Shown: positions 9,642-16,834 of the stretch, piece by piece
Numbering within the stretch: position 1 is the first letter of the stretch
How the letters are laid out: every line of letters starts with the position of its first letter
Translations under genes and position numbers: made by a program
From: a virus
DNA: 46,722 nt
Direction: 5' to 3' (one strand)
Virus genome (UHGV): UHGV-0200285
Notes under the pieces: model-generated
Database searches by the model: none
The model's input: only the letters and a program-made list of their open reading frames with translations
Told to the model about the DNA's origin: nothing

Positions 9642-10460
9642 TCACCCCCTGAATCCTGCCGGGATCTGGCTGTAGTCCACTTTGTCGTAACTGGCTTTGA
9701 AGTACGGGTCCTCGCGTCTGGCTGCAGATACCGCAGGAACTTCCCAGGATTCTTCGAAATGACGATCCGGACCAAAGAACGTGACAGCCTGTTTCACAAA
9801 TTGTGTACCGCTATTGCCCATCGCAGATACCCAGCCCGCGTAGCGATTCACACCTTCCAGCATGGTTTCGGGGTTTACCCCCTCGTTCAAACGGGCTTTC
9901 CAGGCTTTGAAGGCTGCTGATTTTGAATTGCCACCAGCACGTTTGGGATATGCCAGCCATGCCTGCTCAAACTCCGGAGAGTATTCCGGTCGGTTTGAAC
10001 GAACTCGCACAGACTCATCAGCAGATGCACCAACAGCTATTGGTTCATTGACTGATTCTTTGACTGGTTCAAAAGAGTGACTGGTTCTGGGTGAATCTCC
10101 TGCACTACCCCCTGGTGCAACTCCTGCACTACCTGGTGAATTTGCTGCACCAGATAGTGAATTATTTGCACTACCCCCTAGTGAATCTCCTGCACCATCC
10201 AGATGAAGGAGATAGATATTACTTGAGTTACCTTTTTCACCTTTCCGGGTGACTTTTTTTACCAGCCCGGACTCACAAAGGGCCGCAATATGATTCATCA
10301 CAGAACGTTTGCTAATCTCGCACTGGTCAGCAATATGCTGGTAGCTGGGCCAGCACTCACCCTGATCGCTGGCATTATCAGCCAGCTTGATCAGAACCAG
10401 TTTTCGCAATGGATTACCCACTCGAATTTTCATCGCTTTAACCATCAGCTCCATACTCAT
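9642..10460 (-). CDS. replication initiator (N-terminal HTH, Gly/Ser-rich linker, C-terminal domain)
   Basis: 272 aa; N-terminus LRKLVLIKLADNASDQGECWPSYQHIADQCEISKRSVMNHIAALCESGLV (replisome-organiser-type HTH); C-terminal PEFEQAWLAYPKRAGGNSKSAAFKAWKA motif; contains iteron-like DNA repeats. Confidence 0.6.
   Translation of the reverse strand: MSMELMVKAMKIRVGNPLRKLVLIKLADNASDQGECWPSYQHIADQCEISKRSVMNHIAALCESGLVKKVTRKGEKGNSSNIYLLHLDGAGDSLGGSANNSLSGAANSPGSAGVAPGGSAGDSPRTSHSFEPVKESVNEPIAVGASADESVRVRSNRPEYSPEFEQAWLAYPKRAGGNSKSAAFKAWKARLNEGVNPETMLEGVNRYAGWVSAMGNSGTQFVKQAVTFFGPDRHFEESWEVPAVSAARREDPYFKASYDKVDYSQIPAGFRG
10040..10260. repeat. iteron-like direct repeats inside the initiator gene (candidate replication origin)
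   Basis: ~22-bp units starting near 10090, 10114, 10136, 10157, 10181 (e.g. GTGAATCTCCTGCAC perfect at 10091 and 10181); GACTGGTTC repeats at 10063-10087; AT-richer flank 10200-10260. Confidence 0.5.
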
Positions 10461-10693
10461 GCTGCACCTCCGAGATGCTTCATGTTTTTTCCGGAGCGAA
10501 AGGCTATAAGCGGCATACTGACGCGGTAATTACGGCCCAGCGGTTCACAAACCACCTTCTGACATTCACGGTCAACCAGGCTAACACGTAGAACATGCCC
10601 TGCAGGCGTGGTATACCACTGACCAACGGTAGGAATTGATGTTTTTTTACGCTGAAGCAAACGGCAAATATTGAGGATCAACGGATTAAGCAT
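10457..10693 (-). CDS. hypothetical protein
   Basis: 78-aa ORF, 4-nt overlap with downstream initiator gene (operon packing). Confidence 0.35.
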   Translation of the reverse strand: MLNPLILNICRLLQRKKTSIPTVGQWYTTPAGHVLRVSLVDRECQKVVCEPLGRNYRVSMPLIAFRSGKNMKHLGGAA

Positions 10694-10919
10694 GACGATG
10701 CCCTCCGCTGATATTCAGAAGACGGTGAATATGAAAATTAGCCTTACCCGCCAGACGAATACGTTCAGCCTGCAAGTTAAGAAGGGTTTCTACCAGAACC
10801 TGATGCGCCTGCGGATCCGAAAGAGTTACCTTGCGCAGAGCACGTAGTGCAGTTGTTACATAACTGAGTTTATGTAAGTCTTCATCATTCAGACGAGTGA
10901 GGGCTGGGACAGTAGCCAT
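10686..10919 (-). CDS. hypothetical protein
   Basis: 77-aa ORF, tightly packed in the early-right operon. Confidence 0.35.
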   Translation of the reverse strand: MATVPALTRLNDEDLHKLSYVTTALRALRKVTLSDPQAHQVLVETLLNLQAERIRLAGKANFHIHRLLNISGGHRHA

Positions 10920-11497
10920 GATGGCAGCCTCCGATAACAGTGAATTTCGCTGGTGGTGAACTGAACGGGGTTGGCGTAACCGGCGTTATCGGAAACCGGC
11001 GCACCTTTCGGTGCCCCCGTCCAGCCCACCATAATTTGGGTGTGCGCAGACGCAGACGATAAAAAAAACGCTGGCGCGTCATATATCGCCGATAACATTT
11101 CCAGGACGCCAATCCCGGCACCCGCTTTATAAGGTGCCTGAACAGTGTAACGTCCCGGAATGGAAGAATCAATGTGCTGGTGGTCCTTCACACTCAACAA
11201 AATCACGCCTGAATTTCCACAAAGGACTAAAGCACTCATGCGGGTAGTCTTTGCGAAGATAGATAACGCGCTGTGTTTCTGGTTCCCAACGAATAACATG
11301 GACATAAAGCCCTCTTCCGTCACGAAACCAGCGGTTAAGTTCCCGCACAACTCGCCCCCCACAGTCAGGTAAAGTTCTCTGTGGTTACTTACAGCCAGGT
11401 GATTTGGTAATCTGCATTCATGCCGTAACAACAGGTGTTCAGCGACACTGACCACCAGCTGTTGCGACAAACGGTTATTTGCCGTTAAACTGTTCAT
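10889..11497 (-). CDS. hypothetical early protein
   Basis: 202-aa ORF; 4-nt ATGA-type overlap with upstream gene; no family recognised. Confidence 0.45.
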   Translation of the reverse strand: MNSLTANNRLSQQLVVSVAEHLLLRHECRLPNHLAVSNHRELYLTVGGELCGNLTAGFVTEEGFMSMLFVGNQKHSALSIFAKTTRMSALVLCGNSGVILLSVKDHQHIDSSIPGRYTVQAPYKAGAGIGVLEMLSAIYDAPAFFLSSASAHTQIMVGWTGAPKGAPVSDNAGYANPVQFTTSEIHCYRRLPSWLLSQPSLV

Positions 11498-12057
11498 GCG
11501 TTAGTTTCTCCACAGACACAAAACGCCACGACGCCCGGAGCTGCACACTCGCGGGCGTCACTCTTTTCTGGGGCGCAAAAGATTTTGTAGACCAGTGCTG
11601 CATGCTCCTGGAGCTTCGAAATTGACAGATACAACTCATCATTAATTGCTGTCTGCTCGTGTGGCTCCACGACCCCATCTTCGATTGCCGAACGAATCTG
11701 CTTTGAGTAATTCCCGATCTGTTCGATGACTTCCAGCAGGCGCTGGTTTATATCGGCGTTCTCTACTTCCTCAATTTCAGGAAGCGATACGAACACCCCA
11801 CCAGCAGACTGTGCGACAGCATCCGCAATGTAGTGAGTGCCAGCCGCGCGCTGTAAAACCATTGCCCATCCCAGCGGGAAAATCTGATCGCCATCGGCAC
11901 GAAGGCGGTTAAATAATGCGTTCTCTGTTACATCCAGCCAGTCAGCTGCTTCAGCGTAACCACCCGGCAACGCTGCGATAGTTTTTCTGACAGCTTTCAC
12001 GTACCACTCAGGCTGTTTTTCTACTTTCCAGTGATACTTACCCACGGTTAGCCTCAT
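11494..12057 (-). CDS. putative CII-like early regulatory protein
   Basis: 187 aa immediately downstream of cro-like gene; assignment by position and vague resemblance to prophage CII-type proteins. Confidence 0.35.
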   Translation of the reverse strand: MRLTVGKYHWKVEKQPEWYVKAVRKTIAALPGGYAEAADWLDVTENALFNRLRADGDQIFPLGWAMVLQRAAGTHYIADAVAQSAGGVFVSLPEIEEVENADINQRLLEVIEQIGNYSKQIRSAIEDGVVEPHEQTAINDELYLSISKLQEHAALVYKIFCAPEKSDARECAAPGVVAFCVCGETNA

Positions 12058-12088
12058 CGTTCTGTGGTTAAAAATTGAAGGTGTTCTG

Positions 12089-12289
12089 TTAATCTTTCGG
12101 ATAGATATCCGGTCTTAAGTCAGATTTCGTAATTGCACCTGACGTGCATTGCTCAAGTTTTTTCGCCAGCACAAAACTGGCTTTTTTATAACCATTGAAA
12201 ACCAGCCGTAAGTAGCCAGGTGTTGAGCCAACTTTTCCGGCCAACTCGCCCTGCTGTTCTTTGGTTAAAGAGTCCCAATACGCTTTCAT
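12089..12289 (-). CDS. Cro-like HTH repressor
   Basis: ORF 12089..12394; ATG at 12289 with GGAGG RBS gives 66 aa MKAYWDSLTKEQQGELAGKVGSTPGYLRLV...; divergent from CI gene. Confidence 0.65.
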   Translation of the reverse strand: MKAYWDSLTKEQQGELAGKVGSTPGYLRLVFNGYKKASFVLAKKLEQCTSGAITKSDLRPDIYPKD

Positions 12290-12379
12290 ACAATATGTAC
12301 CTCCGGTATACATATTACATGATTGAAATGAACCTTCAAGATACTTGCACCTTATCGGTACAAAGGTTTTAATTTCGTT
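12290..12379. promoter_or_regulatory. divergent immunity control region (candidate pR, pRM and operators)
   Basis: Minus strand TTGAAG-N16-TAATAT then GGAGG RBS for cro; plus strand TTGCAC-N16-TTTTAA ending ~7 nt before the CI ATG (leaderless-type); ATACAT/ATGTA-containing inverted repeats at 12295-12325. Confidence 0.4.
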
Positions 12380-13053
12380 ATGAAAACAATCCATGACATC
12401 CGGCGGTCTAACGCCAGAAAACTGAGAGATGGTGTTGGCGGAAATTCATCCTTTGCCACCATGATTGATCGCGAGCCAACCCAAACCAGCAGGTTTATGG
12501 GGGATGGCGCTACTAAAATATCGGTGACAGCATGGCACGGCACATCGAAAAATGTTTCGACCTGCCTGTCGGATGGCTTGATCAAGAACACCAGACAACG
12601 AACATCACAAAAAAACCTGATGTTTCAATCACTAACAAACAAATAACGTTAGTCCCTGTCATATCATGGGTACAGGCCGGAGCATGGAAAGAAGTTGGCT
12701 ATTCTGAGGTTGATTTGAGCACAGCAGAAACTTATCCCTGCCCTGTACCCTGTGGCGAAATGACTTATATCTTGCGGGTGATTGGTGATTCAATGATTGA
12801 TGAGTACCGCCCTGGAGACATGATTTTTGTTGATCCCGAAGTCCCTGCCTGCCACGGTGACGACGTTATTGCATTGATGCACGATACAGGCGAAACCACC
12901 TTCAAGCGATTGATAGAAGATGGAACACAGCGTTATCTCAAAGCATTAAACCCAAACTGGCCTGAGCCTTACATTAAGATTAACGGTAATTGCTCTATAA
13001 TTGGTACAGTGATTTTCTCGGGAAAACCAAGAAGATACACAATAAAGGCCTAA
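12380..13053 (+). pseudogene. CI-like repressor (HTH plus S24 peptidase domain) interrupted by a frameshift in an A4 run
   Basis: Frame 2 encodes HTH (12380..12516); frame 1 from 12517 encodes NIGDSMARHIEKCF...PVGWLD... and S24-type domain (VIGDSM ... K) to 13053; one extra A in 12515-12518 would restore a ~225-aa protein. Confidence 0.6.
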
Positions 13054-13065
13054 TCAATATTTATG

Positions 13066-13089
13066 AACCTGCTTCGGCAGGTTTTTTTA
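13066..13089 (+). terminator. intrinsic terminator after CI
   Basis: AACCTGC-TTCG-GCAGGTT stem followed by TTTTTTTA. Confidence 0.6.
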
Positions 13090-13092
13090 TAC

Positions 13093-13128
13093 TTGACAAT
13101 GTACCCATGAGATACATAATGTATCCAA
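13093..13128 (+). promoter_or_regulatory. candidate pL with operator palindrome
   Basis: TTGACA-N17-CATAAT; overlapping 15-bp perfect inverted repeat GATACAT-A-ATGTATC at 13111-13125. Confidence 0.45.
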
Positions 13129-13721
13129 AAGAAACATGAGGCAGGCAAGATTCAAACAAAATTTGGTTGCAACACGGCGTATGGCACATGCGTCGTTAGC
13201 GGTCTGGGGACGTTAAAGGGGACAATCCACTTCTTGCTCGGGCAAACAAACCAAGTAGCCGGAATGTGCAAGTCAATGATGATGCTGATAAGACGCCTAA
13301 CCAGCGTGGCGATCCGGTTTGACGCCTGGGAAGAGACCAGGGTGCAACGATGAGGGCATTTATGGAGCCGCGACAAAGTGTGGTGCCGTAACTGGCTAAG
13401 TGCTCTCAGTGTTGTGGTAATCCGCGAAATGGCGCGGCGGTAAGTATGGCGGGGTTACTCTTTCCCCGTTGAGGACACCGGATTGTCAGGTTGACCATAC
13501 GCCTGAGTGACAACCCCACCACAACAGCCACTGCTTTGGCGGTACCAGTTTGTACACTTTCTTCCGGCTGGTACCGCTCTTTTTACAAAACAGAGAAGAG
13601 CATCACCGGACGACGGGCTCATAACCCAATCCATCCGGGCGGCTGCCACCGCAGGTGTTCTTCTCTGTTTTGTGGAGAAACCAACCGACCTTGCAGGGTT
13701 GATATGATGAGGAGCAGCAAA

Positions 13722-14084
13722 ATGGCTAGCGAACGCAGTACTGATGTGCAGGCATTTATCGGGGAGCTGGACGGCGGCGTATTTGAAACCAAAATCGGCG
13801 CAGTTCTCAGTGAAGTCGCTTCCGGTGTGATGAACACGAAAACCAAAGGTAAGGTCTCACTCAACCTGGAAATCGAACCATTTGATGAGAACCGTGTGAA
13901 AATCAAACACAAACTCTCATATGTTCGCCCGACTAACCGCGGGAAAATTTCCGAAGAAGACACCACCGAAACGCCGATGTATGTCAATCGCGGTGGTCGC
14001 CTGACTATTCTGCAGGAAGACCGGGGACAATTACTGACTCTTGCCGGTGAGCCTGACGGAAAACTACGCGCAGCAGGTCATTAA
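13722..14084 (+). CDS. YfdP-like early protein
   Basis: ORF 13491..14084; ATG at 13722 with GAGGAG RBS gives 120 aa; resembles CPS-53 YfdP from memory. Confidence 0.5.
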   Translation: MASERSTDVQAFIGELDGGVFETKIGAVLSEVASGVMNTKTKGKVSLNLEIEPFDENRVKIKHKLSYVRPTNRGKISEEDTTETPMYVNRGGRLTILQEDRGQLLTLAGEPDGKLRAAGH

Positions 14085-14149
14085 TATCGTTTTTAATAAA
14101 CTGATTATTTATCTCATCACTGAATATCTTTATATAGTGAGGACTTATT

Positions 14150-14974
14150 ATGTCTCAGAACTTAGACGCAACCGCAATTAATCAAATCCATGCCCTTATT
14201 TCTGCTCAGGGTGTTAATGAAATTATCAGTAAGATTGGTGCCGATGCTGTGGCATTGCCTGAGAATTTCCGCATTCATGATCTGGAAAAATTTAATTTAA
14301 ATCGCTTCCGTTTCCGTGGTGCGCTTTCCACTGCCAGCATCGATGACTTTACCCGTTATTCTAAAGATCTTGCAGATGAAGGCACCCGCTGCTTTATCGA
14401 TGCTGATAATATGCGTGCCGTCAGTGTACTTAACCTGGGTACTATTGATGAACCAGGTCACGCAGATAACACCGCCACTCTCAAACTGAAAAAGACAGCA
14501 CCGTTCTCTGCCCTGTTGTCTGTTAACGGCGAGCGTAACTCCCAGAAGTCACTGGCAGAATGGATTGAAGACTGGGCCGACTACCTTGTGGGCTTTGATG
14601 CTAATGGTGACGCTATTCAGGCAACAAAAGCGGCTGCGGCAGTCCGTAAAATCACGATTGAAGCAAACCAGACCGCTGATTTTGAAGATAATGACTTCAG
14701 CGGCAAACGCTCCCTGATGGAATCTGTCGAAGCGAAGACCAAAGATATTATGCCAGTGGCATTTGAATTTAAATGCGTTCCGTTTGAAGGCCTGAAAGAA
14801 CGTCCGTTTAAATTACGCCTCAGCATTATCACTGGCGATCGTCCTGTACTGGTTCTGCGCATTATTCAGCTGGAGGCGGTGCAGGAAGAAATGGCTAACG
14901 AATTTCGTGATCTGCTTGTTGAGAAATTCAAAGACAGCAAAGTAGAAACCTTTATTGGTACTTTCACCGCCTGA
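14150..14974 (+). CDS. YfdQ-like protein (DUF2303-type)
   Basis: 274 aa; length and sequence resemble E. coli YfdQ from memory. Confidence 0.55.
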   Translation: MSQNLDATAINQIHALISAQGVNEIISKIGADAVALPENFRIHDLEKFNLNRFRFRGALSTASIDDFTRYSKDLADEGTRCFIDADNMRAVSVLNLGTIDEPGHADNTATLKLKKTAPFSALLSVNGERNSQKSLAEWIEDWADYLVGFDANGDAIQATKAAAAVRKITIEANQTADFEDNDFSGKRSLMESVEAKTKDIMPVAFEFKCVPFEGLKERPFKLRLSIITGDRPVLVLRIIQLEAVQEEMANEFRDLLVEKFKDSKVETFIGTFTA

Positions 14975-15101
14975 TTTCATTACTGCAAATGCCCCTGCGG
15001 GGGCATTTATGGAAACGTAATTAACTCAATAATCACCGGATGGTGAGGGCTTCCTTTTACCCAAACTCAGCGCGGTGCAGCGCATATACGTGGAGAACAA
15101 A

Positions 15102-15638
15102 ATGTCATTTATTAAAACTTTTTCCGGGAAGCATTTTTATTATGACAAGATAAATAAAGACGACATCGTGATTAACGATATCGCGGTTTCCCTTTCAAAT
15201 ATCTGCCGCTTTGCCGGTCATCTTTCTCACTTCTACAGTGTCGCCCAACATGCGGTGCTTTGCAGCCAGCTGGTGCCGCAGGAATTTGCTTTTGAAGCGT
15301 TAATGCATGATGCAACAGAAGCGTATTGCCAGGATATTCCCGCTCCACTGAAACGCCTTCTTCCTGACTATAAACGGATGGAAGAAAAAATTGACGCCGT
15401 AATCCGTGAGAAATACGGGTTACCCCCAGTTATGAGTACGCCCGTGAAATATGCCGATCTTATCATGCTGGCAACCGAACGCCGCGATCTCGGGCTTGAT
15501 GATGGCTCTTTCTGGCCTGTACTGGAAGGCATCCCGGCAACAGAGATGTTCAACGTGATTCCACTGGCACCTAGCCATGCCTACGGGATGTTTATGGAAC
15601 GTTTTAACGAGTTATCGGAGTTACGCAAATGCGCATGA
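15102..15638 (+). CDS. HD-domain phosphohydrolase, YfdR-like 5'-deoxynucleotidase
   Basis: ORF 15075..15638; ATG at 15102 with GGAG RBS gives 178 aa; HD motif context (FAGHLSHFYSVAQHAV ... MHDATEAY). Confidence 0.65.
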   Translation: MSFIKTFSGKHFYYDKINKDDIVINDIAVSLSNICRFAGHLSHFYSVAQHAVLCSQLVPQEFAFEALMHDATEAYCQDIPAPLKRLLPDYKRMEEKIDAVIREKYGLPPVMSTPVKYADLIMLATERRDLGLDDGSFWPVLEGIPATEMFNVIPLAPSHAYGMFMERFNELSELRKCA

Positions 15639-16354
15639 ATGTTTTCGAAATGGAAGGGTTTCTTCGCGGGAAATGTGTACCGCGAGATCTGAAAGTGAAC
15701 GAAACAAATGCTGAGTACCTGGTACGTAAATTCGACGCGCTTGAAGCTAAATGTGCGGCACTGGAAAACAAAATAATACCAGTGTCAGCTGAACTGCCAC
15801 CAGCAAATGAAAGTGTTCTGTTATTTGATGCTAACGGAGAAGGCTGGCTGATTGGCTGGCGTTCTCTCTGGTACACCTGGGGACAAAAAGAAACCGGAGA
15901 ATGGCAGTGGACATTTCAGGTCGGGGACCTTGAAAACTTCAATATCACTCACGTTCAGCCGCTATATATAGCCAAGCCAGTGCCGATGGTGCCAGATGCT
16001 CGTCCGTCTTTAAATAATGGCATAGTCGGCTTTGATGAAGGCTGGAACGCCTGCCGCGCCTCCATGCTTAATGGTGCCGAACCTGTAAGCCAGACTTACA
16101 AGTTGAACGAGCTGTCGGGCAACTCTCCGGTAACTCCGGATGGTTGGATAAGCTGTAGTGAGCGAATGCCGAACGATAAACAGTATGTTTGGTGTTGGGG
16201 GAAGTTTTACGGCTGGACTGAGTGCGATACCTTCGAAGGGTATTACGATTGGTCGAAAAACAAATGGTGGGCAGTTACTGACGATGTGGAAGAATCGGCA
16301 TCGAAAGTAACCCACTGGATGCCGCTACAGGAACCGCCGCATGAGGTGAAGTAA
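15629..16354 (+). CDS. DUF551-type domain protein
   Basis: 241 aa; C-terminal WISCSERMP...W..W motif typical of the DUF551 phage family. Confidence 0.5.
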   Translation: MRMNVFEMEGFLRGKCVPRDLKVNETNAEYLVRKFDALEAKCAALENKIIPVSAELPPANESVLLFDANGEGWLIGWRSLWYTWGQKETGEWQWTFQVGDLENFNITHVQPLYIAKPVPMVPDARPSLNNGIVGFDEGWNACRASMLNGAEPVSQTYKLNELSGNSPVTPDGWISCSERMPNDKQYVWCWGKFYGWTECDTFEGYYDWSKNKWWAVTDDVEESASKVTHWMPLQEPPHEVK

Positions 16355-16548
16355 TGAACAACTTAATGACAACTAAACAAGTCGCCGACTTCTGTGGCGT
16401 TTCAATATCAACAGTGCTTCGCTGGAACAGCATAAACCATAGGACAGGTAAGAAATATAGACCAGACTTTCCTGATCCTGATATAAAATCCTGTCCCAAT
16501 AAATGGGCTTCACACAAGATTTATAGATTTGCAGGTATTATCGAGTAA
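16354..16548 (+). CDS. AlpA-family excisionase / transcriptional regulator
   Basis: 64 aa; LMTTKQVADFCGVSISTVLRW HTH; TAATG start-stop overlap with upstream gene. Confidence 0.65.
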   Translation: MNNLMTTKQVADFCGVSISTVLRWNSINHRTGKKYRPDFPDPDIKSCPNKWASHKIYRFAGIIE

Positions 16549-16834
16549 CGTTTATTAGTTTCGATGTTAGCCAACACATCTATGGCACAATGTCAAACCC
16601 AATCTTACTTCCTGCGCTGTACTAGAACGGCCAGCCCTGACTTCATAAATTATTAACCAACTGGGAACAAGTTAGCTAGTTGGTGATGGGTGTCAGTTGT
16701 CGAAAGTCCCCCCCCCACCATCACCACTAGCTGAGACTCTTCAGTGTTACAATTGCTTTAAATGGTTGCCAAAGTACTGAAATCGAGTCTAATAGTAAAG
16801 TTTATATCTCACAAACAGTATATAGGGACAGAGA

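Noticed and set aside
12532-13053. Treating the 173-aa ORF as an independent S24 peptidase gene
   Set aside because: The upstream frame continues the same protein family once a 1-nt indel is allowed; a split repressor is the more economical interpretation, though internal initiation cannot be excluded.
13152-13707. Short ORFs (74, 64, 66 aa) in the pL leader
   Set aside because: Mutually overlapping on both strands, no RBS, Cys/Arg-rich nonsense-like sequences; the region is more likely non-coding RNA or leader.
13080-13720. tRNA gene as integration target or cargo
   Set aside because: No cloverleaf-compatible segment with a T-loop-like GTTCGA motif was found here or near int; integrase target not identifiable without host flanks.
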